A stretch of DNA of 41,444 nt from Macrostomum lignano (Eukaryota). The stretch's first letter is position 1. Each line of letters starts with the position of its first letter. The stretch is taken from contig NIVC01004576.1 in assembly GCA_002269645.1 (NCBI GenBank), forward strand, positions 1 to 41,444. Direction: 5' to 3'. The notes below the pieces were generated by a model. That model saw nothing but the letters and a program-made list of their open reading frames with translations. It made no database searches and was not told the origin of the DNA. Position numbers and translations under genes: made by a program. Positions 1-12,427 of this stretch are shown one piece after another.

Positions 1-358
1 CTTTACTGTTGCAGGTTCTCTTTCCTAGAGGGGGACATGTTGTATACCGATCCGAATCCAACGTATTTTATTTTCAGTCGTTGCCCCAGCGTTAATTTAT
101 TTGTCTGTGTCCCAAACAGCTACCGACTGACTCTATAAAGGCTTGCCTTGACTTATATCGTTAAACAAAATATACATTCAACTTAAGCTATGCGTTTTTA
201 ATAAAAGCCTTCGGCTCAACGCTGAAAAAACGCTGAAACGCATAAAACACAACACACACATTGACTACGTCAATGCGATGTCTGAAAGTTTAGGCCTACG
301 CTCTATTTTACGATTTTAGTAATAAAGTTTAGGAATTGAGCAATACGAACTTTAACAC

Positions 359-512
359 GTCCGCAATGAAGTGCAGCCTGGCCGGATTGGCCATTTCTGA
401 CCACATCTCCCTGTACATTTCGCGCTGACTGTCCACATCCCAGGTCAGACTGTCGCATTCCGGCCTCTTCAGATGGTCGCACTGGCGCTCAAGTAGCGGT
501 CTGAAGTTCGAC
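359..512 (-). CDS. DEG/ENaC gene, second coding exon (3' boundary uncertain); the gene continues beyond the window start
   Basis: TTTACAG acceptor ending at 513; the phase-2 join gives ...RNE-SNFRPLLERQCDHLKRPECDSLTWDV, matching the late ectodomain C-x-x-x-x-x-P-x-C pattern of ENaC/ASIC proteins. Donor guessed at GT 358-357. Confidence 0.7.
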
Positions 513-1582
513 CTGTAAATATTATGTATGAGCGTATTTGACGCTAGAGTTGAATCAGCGAAATAAAAAACTCCGCTTTCTTAGAACCCCATTTCTTGAT
601 TGCAGTTCGGCCTACATTTGTGTCAGTCTAGCAAAATAATATTGGCATGTCTGGATCAGCTCGGCATTAAAACAATTGTTCAACGTCATTCCTGTGCGAA
701 CTCTCATGGACTAGAACCAGCTGTCAATCTGCGAACATGGAGTTGCATTCAGACTTTAGGGCCTAAGGAAAACATCGATGCCGAAATAGCTGAGGGAATT
801 AAGTGAGTTTAAAGGATAGCAATATCTAGATTGATTAGGCTACTTCGCTCTTATGAGGCGTGCTACTTTGAGCATGGATTTATTGCTGGTTATAAATAGT
901 CGTCAAGATTTAAATCTATATTTTCTGTGCTTCGAATCCTTGCAATATTTTTTACTATCGGGAACTCCGAGAAAATGTCAATTTTATTGACCAATCAGGA
1001 AGCCCGCAAGACATCAGCCATCGCTCATACGAGCGTATCCAGCATTTACTGGCTTAATTTGATTTTCGAAAGTCACAAGTCCAAGAGAATGAAAAAAGTT
1101 TTTATTCTTTGCATCATAAAACTGCATAATTGACTATATCCTTGACAGTTGTCCGTTTAGAAAGCCCTTAAAACCGAAGCAATAATTTATTTCAGTTCTA
1201 TATTAGAAATCCCCAGACTGACTCGTACGTTTTAGTTGTAGCATTGTAATAAGTGTACTGCTTGCAAAATAAGTATAACATTGATTTGGTACTGCAGCAC
1301 TGATTATTAAGTCAAGATCCGGGCCCAAAGAGAAAAGCGAGCAGGCATTTTCCGTGATTTATTAGCTGCAGCTGCTGCTAATAAATTATCTCAGGGGGTG
1401 GGCCTTGCCTTGCCTTTGCGATCTCAGGGGGATCACAAATTAGAAAAGTAGAAAATTGATCTTTAGAATTTAAATGCGAAAGCATCAGCATAAAAAGCTT
1501 TGCTTTCAAATGACAAATAAAATAACATTTTATTACATCCTGGTCCTGACTAAGACGACCGGATCGTAAAACCAAAACTTAC

Positions 1583-2763
1583 TCATTGCGGAAGAACCTG
1601 GCCGTTGCATCCAAACAGCGTAGATTTTTTTCCACACCCTCAATCCGAAATTGGGAGACGTTGAAGCACAGCATTGGCTGCTTATCGTTCAGGCGGGGCA
1701 CCATCAGGTGCGGGTTGTAGCAGCCGCAGCGCTCGTAGAAGATCCTCTGCGACAGCGCTTGATGGCAAAGTCCGTAGCTCAGGTTATACACTCGGGTCTC
1801 GCGCAAGAAATAGTCATAGACAGGCATTGGCATCACGTCCTGTCGACAGTTGCTTTTCGCCTGAAGCATCTGGTGCCGTCGCTGTTCTAGAAACACGGTG
1901 GTCGCCACTCCCGGTGGTGTCTCAATCTGTCGGCCGTCCTCTGGCAGCGTGCCAGGCTTGTGAATGAACACCCGGCCACCGTACTGATAATTAGACGAGT
2001 TGAATCTCAAATAGGACAAATAGTTGCCTTTGATAACGAATTGCAGCGAGTCGACTGCTTGCAGATTTCCTTGATTGGTGAGCTCGTTCAATCTCAGAGT
2101 GTGACAGGCGCACCGGAACCGCATCACAAAACTGCAGCTGTGGAATCCTTCATCTGCTTGGCCGCTCACAGTCAGCGGCAGCCAGTTGGAGTCGATGTTA
2201 ACCTCACTCTGGATGAGCTCGTTGTGCAACTTGTAGGAGACGGCAGCCAACAAGCTGTTTGACAGCGTGTCACTGAACACCGAGCTGTTCAGGGTGGACA
2301 GGGCAATAGATCTAACCAGCGTGTTCAACATCTCGTCCAGGATCCGTTCGCGTGAATCACCTTGAAGGAACGTTTCCAACGTGGCGGTAAGATTTTGCAC
2401 TCGAGGATTCGACACCAAATCGTCGATGGCCTCCTGGAAGATGCTATACGTTCGGTTGTCGCCAAGGAAAACGGGTGTGTTGTCGCAGAAGGTCACATCG
2501 GGCCAGACAAAAACGTCTTTACTGGGATGGTGCGCGGTGAGCACAGGAAAGTGGAGGTAGCGATTTGTGATCAACGACACGTTGGCGACGAATGCAGCTA
2601 GTCCGCCTAGGACGAGGGCTAGCCAGAAAATCTTCTCTAGGCGGCTAGGAGCTGACGCGGCATGAGAGATTCCGTGGACAGTCGAGTGAGCAAACAGAGA
2701 GGCGAGATGAGCGCGCAGCTTCCCGCTGCCCGCGATGCCGCCGCTGTCGCCGCTGCTCCGCAT
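1583..2763 (-). CDS. DEG/ENaC (amiloride-sensitive channel family) gene, first coding exon: N-terminus, TM1 and most of the ectodomain
   Basis: Pre-TM1 STVHG motif, hydrophobic TM1 (IFWLALVLGGLAAFVANVSLI), WPDVTFCDN (family FPxVTxCN), Cys-rich ectodomain (CRQD...CHQ...RCGCY...CFN...CLD). The ORF 'stop' overlaps a GTAAGT donor at 1582-1577 (phase 2). Confidence 0.9.
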
Positions 2764-3212
2764 GACAACAACTGGTTGCTACTGGCTGTTGAGTCGCTTA
2801 GGTGCCGCGCGGAGGCGGAGTAGAGCATTTGCAGTCTTAACAGCAGGGAAGCGGAAGTCAGCGCATGTCTTCAACTAACTAGCTGACTGGGGCAGCTCAC
2901 AAAAGCTCCCTCTCCAGATCCCGCCATCTATTCTCGTTGGTCAATTCCCTTTCGTCGAATAAGAAGACGAAAGCATTCGGGGAAATGGGATATTGTCTAC
3001 GTAAGACTTCCACAACGCAAACGATTATTAATTGCGCCTTTTCAAATATGAAGCAGCATAGTTTTTTTGCTAAAAGTAGACACTGTGTTTCGAAACTTTC
3101 ATCTTCGAATGTCTGTATAACCGAGAGGTGGCTGCGTCAAAAACTGTTTATTAGTAACAGAGATGCAGCGAGCTGTTTTTAGCCGTACAAAATTTCGATA
3201 GTGCTTTTAGCC

Positions 3213-3232
3213 TTTTGACTTACTTTGACTTA
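3213..3232 (-). repeat. Short repeated 3' tail of the non-LTR element
   Basis: Reverse complement reads TAAGTCAAAGTAAGTCAAAA, about 80 bp after the ORF2 stop. Confidence 0.6.
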
Positions 3233-3312
3233 GCTGCAGGGCTGTCCCGGAGGGGACACAGCGGGAAGGCGCGAGCGCCCATTCCGCTAGTCCCTGAACG
3301 GCCGATGCGTCG

Positions 3313-6300
3313 CTATGGACGGAGGGTTGGCGCCGCCCAGGGAGGTCCCCCAGTGTCGCCAGCAGCTATAATGCTCTCTGGAAAGGAGAGTTCAGCCCTG
3401 CGGGTGGCCCGAAGGTAGCGCATGAGCTGATTAAAGTTTTCGGGTTTGCACGCTTCAGTAATAGATGTGTGTGGCCCGAGGTAAGTGAGTCTGGCCCGCG
3501 TGAAGGCGGGACAGATGCTGACGAAATGCTCAGCGGTTTCGTCACCTGAGTTGCAGAAACTGCAGGTGGCGTTGGTGGCGTTGCCCTGCAGGTACTGGTG
3601 CCTGGAGAAGCAGCCGTGACCAGAGAGGGTCATGGTGGCAGCCCGGATGTCTCTGCGCGAGAGGCGCAAGAGGAGCTTCCGGAGCTGGTGAGAGGGCTGA
3701 GGGACAGCGCCTCTGGATTGCCTGCAGTTCGTGCGGTTCGCCCAAGTCGAGCGGTGCTGAGTCCTGATCCACACTTTGATGCGCGAGTCGATGACACAGC
3801 CAGGAATCGGGACAAGAGGTTCGGGGCCGAGAGAGGAGCCGGAGGCACCAACTTTTGCAAGGGTGTCAGCCAACTCATTTCCTCGGATCCCCACATGCCC
3901 CGGAACCCACTTAAGGGTAATTTTGTTGGCGGAACCCAACACGTTGAGGAGTTTGATACAGTCGAGGACTGTAGCAGAGTTGGTGCTGCAGCCACTGATG
4001 GCGTGCAAGGCAGCTTGGCTGTCCGAATGGAAAATGATGTTCTTACCAGTAACGCCAGTGGCGAGAAGCTCTGCAGTGCAGGAGCTGATGGCCAGAACTT
4101 CATTTTGGAAAACACTGGAGTTGACCCCAGTGTATTGAGCGTGGGTAGCGATGACCCTCCCGTTCAGAAAGATTCCAACACCAAAGCCGGTGTTGGCTGA
4201 CTGCTTAGAACCGTCGGTGTAGCAATGAAGCTCACCAGGGTTCCATTGGTCATTGATGTTATCGCGCGGTCGATAGCTACGGAGTAGCGCTGTCTCAGGT
4301 TGAGCGTTGAGGCAATGCCATCGGTGAAGACGCGATTGGCCTGACACTCGTTGAGAAAGTTGAGGCACAGATCGCTATGCGGGACAAGGTTCCGCTTAGC
4401 AGGTGCTCTCATGTAAATGAATTTGACGCCGGCATCAATTAGACGCCGCGTCGTTCTAGCCGCCTCACCCCTGATGAAGAGGTCAAGAGGCGGAAGATTA
4501 AGGAAGGCCCCCATGCCAGCAAAGGGCGTGGACCTGGTGGCGTTGCAGATGAGCCTACACGCTCTGCCTTGGATCGTGTTGAGCAGGTCTGCATGGCTTT
4601 TGACCTGGGTAGCGCTAACCCAGACAACAGAGGCGTACGTAATGGCAGGTCTAACTACGGAAGTATAGATCCACCAAAGCCGCTTTGGGGATAGACCCCA
4701 AGAAGTGCCAAGTGCTCGTCGGAGCTGGGCCAGGATGGCTGAGGCACGCTTGGCTTTTGCTTTCACGTGGGAGGACCAGTTGAGCCGGTGGTCAAGTATG
4801 ACCCCGAGACATCTGGTCTGGTGCGCGAAGGCAATATCTCTGCCGTAGAGCTGCAGAGGACGTATGTTCCAGCGTAGTCTGCTGGTAAACATAATGGCAA
4901 CGGTTTTGGGCTCAGAGAGTTCCAGACCATTGTCATTGGCCCAGGATTCTGCTTTGCGGATAAAGCTCTGCATCAGATCCCTGAGCGTGCTGGGAGACGG
5001 TCCTGCCACAATGGCCGTGACGTCATCAGCATACCCGACTTTGAAGACGGGGTCGGGTCGGGAGTCACTCAAAAGAGCGTCCATGACCAGGTTCCAGAGC
5101 GTCGGGGTGAGGACTCCGCCTTGGGGTCCACCCTTACAGACTCTGGTGGAGGCAGTTTGCCCAAGAAGTTGGGCAGTGACCGTACGGTTGGAGATCATGT
5201 ACATGATCCACCGTATGAGGGTAGCATGAGCTTTGCGATTTTGAAGGGCCCTCTGAAACGCTTCAAAGATAACGTTGTCGAAGGCGCCAACAATGTCAAG
5301 AAAGAGAGCCAGAGCGTAACCGTCACCCAGTACCGCCCTTTCAATCTTCTCGACAATCGCATGCAGGGCGCTGTCAGTCGACCTCCCGGTACGGAAGGCG
5401 TGCTGATTATTGCTGAGGGGCATCGCTGTCAGCTCGCAGGACAGCAGCCGCCAGAGAATAAGCCTCTCAGTGAGCTTAAGCATTGCTGACGTTAAGCTAA
5501 TAGGCCGGAAGGCCTTGACGCTTTGGTAGTCACCCTTCCCAGGTTTGGGAATAAAGACTACCGAGCTTCAGTCCAGCATTTGGGAACGTATCCCAGCTGG
5601 ATAGAGGCCCGCATAAGATTGCGGGTGAGTCTCAGGAACGAGGGTATCTTGGCTGCTTCACGAAGGAGAACAGGGTAGATACCATCAGGTCCAGGAGATT
5701 TGAAGGGTTTGAAGGTTCTGACCGCACGAGCGATTAGGTCTTCAGTGACAATGCCCGCCGCTAGGGTGGCTCCATCCATCGAATGGTTGGGCTCCGGTCT
5801 AGCAGTAGGTACCCTCGGGAAGAATGTGCTAAGCATATGCTGAAGCACTTCTTCAGGGTCTTTAGTAAGAGAGCCATCATCTTTTTTGATCATGGCTAAT
5901 TTGGACATTTTGTCCATTGTAAGGGCCTTGACAAGCCTAGAAGTAGGTCTGTCTTGATCCAATTCATTGCAGAATTGGCGCCACTTACATTCCTTGGCCT
6001 TGCGCACTTCAGATTTGAAATTGCGGGAGGCTTGCCGGAAAAGCTCCATGTCCTCCGGGTTTCCGGTCTTCATGGCACGGCGATGAAGGCTTTTGGCCTT
6101 CCGCCTGAGTTTCCCCAGCTCCGGGTTCCACCACGGCGCCGAGGTCTTGCCTTTGTAGGCGCGAGCAGGACAAGCCGCTACGTAGGCTGCAATAATGCAA
6201 CCTGTCAGCGTCTCAGCCATATGATCCACATCCTCGCAGGTCTCAATCGGACGTAAGTCCGTGAGTTCCTGCAGGTGCAGATCAAGGGCAGCCTTGTAGG

Positions 6301-7051
6301 CCGCCCAATCAGTGTTGCGGATATTGCGCCTCCAAGTGATCGGAGACTGGGTTTTAGTGTCCGCGATGTTAAAGGCGATAAAGCAGTGGTCAGACAGGGA
6401 GGGCTCCTCAGACCAGACTCTCCACTCCTCAACTCTGTAAAAGAGTCTTGGGGTAACGAGTGTGGCGTCGAGGACCTCGGTCCATCTGCCATTATTAAAG
6501 GTAGGAGTGCTGCCGCGGTTGCAGAGCATGAGGTTTGTGTTAGAGATGAGGGCCAGAAGCTCCTCTCCTCTAGTGTTGGTATCTTTGCTGCCCCAGTGCT
6601 TGTGGTGCGCGTTGAGGTCGCCCCCTAAGCACAGCTCAGCGTTCTGGGACTCGCAGTACTGCGCGAGGCGCAGTAAACTCTCAGGAGCAGGGTCTCTGTC
6701 GCCTGGGATATAAACCGAGGCAACAAGACACGTACGCGGAGAGAAATGATTAGATTGGATGACGCAAAGGTCTCCATCAGAGAGATCAGTCCTCAGCCAA
6801 GCCTGGAGATGGCTAGCAGCGAGGATAGCCGCTCTAGGGCGGCTGTTCCCCGGGCCACACACATAAAAATCAGAGTAGCCAGAGGGAATGTTGGGCAACT
6901 TACCGTTGCGCATCCAGGGTTCCTGGATCAGGATGAGGCCTGGCCTGTACAGCTCAGCAATCTTCATCAGATTTACTGACGCAGATACGCAATGCTGTAA
7001 ATTAATTTGCAGACAGAATGTCGCTCCTTTGGCAGCGTGGAGCTTATTCAT
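3313..7051 (-). CDS. Non-LTR ORF2: AP endonuclease, reverse transcriptase, RNase H, CCHC; frameshifts near 5560 and 4270
   Basis: APE: QINLQH, LIQEP, GDLNAHH, LDATL, SDH. RT: SPGPDG, [VVFIPKPGK...RPISL] across the frameshift, PQGGVLTP, YADD, LGVILD. RNase H: YTDGS, EVLAI, SDSQAA, WVPGH...GNELAD. CSFC...ETAEHFVSIC. Confidence 0.92.
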
Positions 7052-7074
7052 ACTGTATTAAATGCAATTTCTGG

Positions 7075-8594
7075 CTAGAGCCCAGGGCCATCAAGGAGAC
7101 TTGGACAACAGATCGTCCTCGTCCCAGGCCGCTGGGGCTTGACTGGGAGATGGGAGTTGGTCGACGTCCATGGCCTCCTCACCCCCACCGGCCCCCCAGC
7201 AGAGTCCTCAGGCTCCGATGACAGGATGGAGGAAGCTTCCTCACCTGCATCTTTACCTTCAGACCCCACCAGGGTGGCTGAGGAGAGCTCGGATTCCGAA
7301 GACCCGGCCTCGTCCTCAACTCCTTCTCCGACTGGCAGGTTTGGTTCCCGGAGCTTGACCGGAGCCGTTACCGCGGTCGCCGAACTGCTGCTAGCAGAGG
7401 GGCGAGATGCAGCTTTGGCTTTGGGATCGGCTTGCGCCTTTCCTTGGGCCTTAGACTGCGCCCCGCTCTTGCCGGAGATGCCGGGGTTGGCAGTAGCCTT
7501 CCCTTTGGCAGACTTTCCTCGGCGCATCTTGAGCTTGAGGGCACCCAGCTGGAAAGAGGATCCATTAGGGTACCGACTCGCCCAAGTGCTGGAAAGGCCG
7601 AGGACAATTGAGTTGCCCGTCTCCCCCCTGCGGACTTTACGGTGATACACCAGTCCACTAGCAGGGAGGTCGGGGTTCAGACGCAGTAGGACCCGGCGAA
7701 TAACGTCTGGTCCAGCTGCGGTGCTCTTAGCAGGGACGAAAACCACATAGGGTATCGTCTTTGGACGCTGGCCCTCGCGAAGAAAAAGAGCTCCGCCAAG
7801 GTCAGCATCCAAGGAGACCGTCGGTAGCCGCTGAGCAGCTGCCGAGCGTCCTCCTCGCTGCTAGGAGCAATAAGAACGAATGTGCTTCGCAGCACCATCC
7901 GCTCAATGCCGATGGAGATTCCCTCCTCGACAGTCAGCTCAATCAGATAGGAGTCAACAGCACTCCACACTTTTTGAAGCTGATCAGTGGTCCAGTCCTG
8001 GTCGCGACCTTGGATGATCACTCCCGGGATTTTGGCCTTGGCCTTCGCCGCAAAGGTAGCTCCCGAAGGAACCTCCTTGTTGGCAGTGGCCATTTGTTGC
8101 GCCGTGGTTTCGGCCTCAGCAGCCGCAGCAGCATCTCCAGGGAGCGCCGCCGCTGAACTACCGGAGCTTCCACCGGCCGGCCCGTCTGGTTGCCTTGGGA
8201 CGCCAGTCGCTTCAGCATCCATGGTGGACGCCGCCGCTTTGGCCCCCGCAGCTCCCTTCTTGGCCTGCCTTTTGGCGCGTTGTTTAGCGCGTTTGCGCTC
8301 AAGCCGAGCTCGCTGAGCTTCATCGGATCTGCCAGATTTGGCCGGTCCTTTAGGCTCAGAGCTCGCGGTTCCCTTAGATCCACCAGCGGAGCTGGCAGGT
8401 CTTTGGGTATTATGAGTTTGGTAGCTCTGGTCGGATCTGCCAGCAGAGCCAGCCGGTCCTTCCTTTGCCACAGTTGAATCAGTCGGTTGGGATCTGCCAG
8501 CAGGGCCGGCCGGTCCTTCGGACTGAGGTTGGGGTTTAGAAGGGTCCCCGTCCCTAGAATTAGTTTGGTTATCCATAGGCGACTCGAAGGCCAT
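7075..8594 (-). CDS. Non-LTR ORF1 (gag-like; DUF4780-like central domain), one frameshift near 7830
   Basis: ORFs 7677-8651 and 7075-7812 join (ARQLL-[Q]RLPTVSLDADLGG) by adding one base; the central region (VVFVP...LLRLNPDL...IVLGL...FQLGALKLK) resembles the ORF1 domain of LOA-type elements; low-complexity Ala/Gly/Ser ends. Confidence 0.7.
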
Positions 8595-9444
8595 GATAAA
8601 AGGTTGGTGGGCTACCCTCAAAGGGGCGCGGTACCCACCCGGCCGCTCCACCTGACCGGGCAGTAGGCCAATAGCACCCTCAAGGCTGGCCCGACACCAG
8701 GAGGGGGACCGCTAGCGACCGGACTACTCCCCGGCCTTCCAGCCCATCGGCACGGTCAACACCTTAGGCATTAGAGAGTACGTTGAGCAGTACCACGGCC
8801 TGCAGGTTGGCGAGCCAGACCCGCATACCCAAATTCGGCCGAAGCCACTGGATAGGGTCGCCAGCGCCGGAGCCCAGTCTGTCCAGCAGCCCTAGGGACT
8901 GCCTTGAACACACGCGGGGACGAGTACCCTGGGTCGACTTGCGAGACAGCGTGGGGGGGGGGTCTGCGGCTGCCAGAGGCAAATAGAGGGTGCAGACCTC
9001 CCACCAGCCTTGACCTGCTGAAGATAGGGGCAGGCGTGAAGCATCGCAGACCTTAGCCCATGGGCCTAGTCTGTCTCATACTTCACGGCATGCTGAATAC
9101 GCCTTCGCGTGCATTTTTTGTAAAGTAGTTAACAATAGTGCAAACTTTTAGAGTCGGGATGCAATTCACGCGGTTAGAACTCACACATGTAGTTCACAAG
9201 ACTTTGTTAGTTTCTTCAGGTAAATCTTTTTGCGTTTTTATTTTCTATAATTTGCTTTTTAGACTTTCAAATGCTCTTTCGTAAAAAATCAGGCAAAACT
9301 CAGGTTTGAAACATTTCAGCTTTTCTTTGGCTTGAATACATGGATAGGTTATGTTTCGTTCAAAAAGTCAAGAAGCATCTTTCCTACAGCCGGTGCGTCA
9401 CACTGAACGGCCGTGCAGATGCGACAATTCAATACGCTGTCTGT

Positions 9445-9676
<232 letters not shown>

Positions 9677-10014
9677 GGACAAGGGCCAAAGTACAGCAAT
9701 CTGTGGCGCGCCGAAAGAAGCCGTGGAAAAAGCAGAATACAGAGTGAGCTTTGTCTTCCAAAAAAATGCTGTCAAAGAATCGAGAGAGATTATTGAGGCT
9801 TACAATGTAGAGCGAGGGAGTTTGGCAGGCATTCGCGGACGACCTCGCGAAGTCGAGATATTATCCTCTATTTAATTCCGATTATTAAGCTGCAAGGCCT
9901 AAAAAAAGAAGAGAAACAAAAATCGCACATTGGCTAACTTTTGCTATGGATGGACTCAGTGGTCAATAATGAAGTTGTTAGCTGCCGCCTGTGAAGCGGC
10001 TCATTCTCTCCTGA

Positions 10015-10242
10015 AAGGAAAATGAGAAAAGGGGAGAGAAAGGATGAGTGAGAAGAGACATGAGAGAGAGGAAGGATGAGAGGGGAGATAGAAGAGAAAA
10101 GAGGGAGGGGAGTAGAGAGAGGACAGGAGAGAGGAGGGCTGGAGAGGGCAGGAGAGAGGAGGGGAGAGAGGAGAGGGGGAGAGGGCAGGAGAGAGGAGGG
10201 GAGAGAGGAGAGGGGGAGAGGGCAGGAGAGAGAGGAGAGGGT
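10015..10242. repeat. Purine-only (GGAGA/GAGAG) low-complexity tract
   Basis: Almost exclusively G and A on the + strand. Confidence 0.9.
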
Positions 10243-10362
10243 AGTAAAATGCGAGCCGCAAAATATTTTAATTCAAACGAAACCGCAATGTAACTCGTAC
10301 AAAATTGAATCTTAACAAATTAAAGGACACGAACACAGACTTAAAACTGGGCCACATAGAAA

Positions 10363-12427
10363 TCAGGCGGCCTTCGGTCCCTCCCAGACCGGGAGCCTCC
10401 GGCTCCTTGAAGAGAGCTCCTCCCAGTTCTGCCGCAGGTCACCGTCGCCGTCCAGGCTCTCCGGGCTGTCGGGAGGCGAAGTCGGCACAGGCGGCGGGTC
10501 CGCCAGCTGCGGCCGCCGCAGGGTGAAGGCCTTCAGGCGGTCGTGGTGCACCACCGAGCTCGGCCGCCGCCCGGTGCGCTTGGAGATGCGGTAGGTGACA
10601 GGCCCCAGCTTCTCCAGGACTCTGTAGGGTCCCAGCCACCGCTGCCGCAGCGCCTTGCTCTGGCCCTTCCGCATCGCCGTGTTGCTGAGCAGCACCAGCT
10701 GGCCCACCCGAAGCGGTGCGAAGTTGGCGCGCTTGTCGTACTGCCGCTTCCTTGATGACCGGGGCTCGTGCACCAGCTGCAGACCGGGCCGGGCGTCGGC
10801 CAACTCGTCGGGCCCACCCTGCTGCTCTCCAGTGGTGGGCAAGCTGAGCTCCATCGGTATCCGGGGGTCGCGACCGTGCAGCACTGCGTACGGCGACAGC
10901 TTGGTGGTGCTGTGGACGGACGAGTTGTACGCCCAGATGACGAACGGCAGGTAGTGCGCCCACCGATCTTGCTGCTCCGTGCAGTAGGCGGCCAGAATGT
11001 CACCGAGCCTACGGTTGAACCGCTGGATTGCCGCTCGGGTGTAACGGTGTAGTCCTGGTCTTGCGAATGTCCAGCACGAGGCACAACTCGCGGAAAACCT
11101 CGCTCTCGAACTGGCCGCCTTGGTCGGAGTGGATGACCTCCGGTGACTCATGCCGGAGAATGACGCTTAGCAGCATCGCCTGGGCCACCATCTTTGCTGA
11201 CTGGGACCGTCTCGACCCACTTGGAAAACACATCGGTGAAGCAGATGATGTACTTAAGGCCGGTATCGGTGGCTGGCAGGGGCCCCTTGATGTCCACCTG
11301 CACGATCCACCAGGGCAGTGACGGCACCGAGTTGCACTACAGCGGCGCCCGCTGATGCTGATGAGGTACCTTGCGACTCTGGCAGTTCTCGCAGCTGCCC
11401 ACCCAGTACTGCACGTCCTCCTTGATGCTCGGCCACCAGCCCTTGCCGCTGATCCTTGCCAGAGTTCTTGTCCCTCAACGGCCAGCGGTTGGCTTGCGCC
11501 AAGTGGGAAAACCCTTGTGCTGCAGGGCTCGATCCTGGTGCCCGGGTTGCTGATCCGCCTGAAGGTGCACAGGTCGAGCACGTTGCAGCTCCCTCCGCTG
11601 TCGATGAGCGCCCTGACTGCATGGCCGTTGATGCTGATGACGAACTTTGCGCTCCCGTTCTTGTCTTCCAGCGTGCAGAACACTTCCTCGTATAACTGGT
11701 CGGTCGGCTCGTCCGAGTCGTGGCCAAGTGCGTTGATGCGCGAACGGCTACTGAGACAAGCCTTAGTGAGGTGGTTCATCTTGCAACAGCTATCGCACTT
11801 CTTGCCCTGGGCCTTGTTGCAGCTTCTGTGTCCAGACTCTCCGCAGCGGATGCATTTGCTGTTGGTCTTTGGCGGCTCGCGGGCTGACCCACCTGGCTGG
11901 CGGCGGCGCAGCATGTTGACGTCTTCGGAGGTGGCAGCGCTTTTCGACATGATGGCGGCTTGCTTTTCGGCCGCCTCATGAGTTCTGGCCAGCTGTAGAG
12001 TGTCTGCGAGGCTGATGTTTTGCACGTTTAAGAGTCGCTTCCTGAGGGCATCGCTGCGGCAACAGGCCACAATTTGATATCGGATCAGTGACTGCTGCAG
12101 GTCTCCAAACTGGCACGCTTCTGATGCGCTCCACAGTCTGCTGTACCATGATTCGATCTGTTCGCCATCATCTTGAAGGCAATTCCGGAATTGGTATCTG
12201 ATGAAGACGACATTGTCGCGGCCTTTAAACTGTTTGTTGAAAGTCTCGATAAGTGTTGCAATGTTTGCACTATAGCCTTCTGCGATAGTTTCGCTGTTTG
12301 CGATCTCTTTGTACATGTCGCTGATTTCCTTTCCGGCCGTGTAGAGCAGAATTTCCCACTTTTGGGCCTCATTGGTGATGCCGCTGGCCGCCAGGTAGCG
12401 CTGTAGGTTGTCAGCCCATTCTTGCAA
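10363..12427 (-). mobile_element. Ty3/Gypsy LTR-retrotransposon relic: gag + zinc knuckles + partial protease joined directly to integrase; RT and RNase H absent
   Basis: Gag (LQRYLAASGI...LLYTAG), knuckles CIRCGESGH and CDSCCKMNHLTKAC, protease ALIDSGG; integrase remnants in shifting frames (WWPSIKEDV...CENCQ, DIKGPLP, FTDVFSKW, HSDQGGQFES, RFNRRL, WAYNSSVHSTTKLSP, RWLGPY, VHHDRLK); in-frame TAG at 11337-11339; no LTR pair found. Confidence 0.88.

Larger units (their letters stand above)
3213..9060 (-). mobile_element. Non-LTR retrotransposon, LOA-like (APE + RT + RNase H, two ORFs), near full length; 5' boundary approximate
   Basis: ORF1, 23-bp spacer, ORF2 with APE, RT, RNase H and C-terminal CCHC; short 3' UTR ending in a TAAGTCAAAG-TAAGTCAAAA repeated tail. 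No convincing TSD found. Confidence 0.9.

Noticed and set aside
1-30. Possible third ENaC exon after TCCCCCTCTAG on the minus strand
   Set aside because: Too little sequence in the window, and no frame gives a recognisable ENaC motif.
3598-8477. Many + strand and alternative-frame ORFs over the LINE (also over ENaC 1651-2601 and Gypsy 10439-11981)
   Set aside because: Antisense or off-frame shadows of GC-rich coding sequence with no recognisable motifs.
9040-9160. Possible TSD for the LINE (TTAGCC, or ATAGTGC...TTTTAG resembling the 3198-3212 flank)
   Set aside because: Matches are short or gapped, and the 5' end cannot be fixed from one copy.
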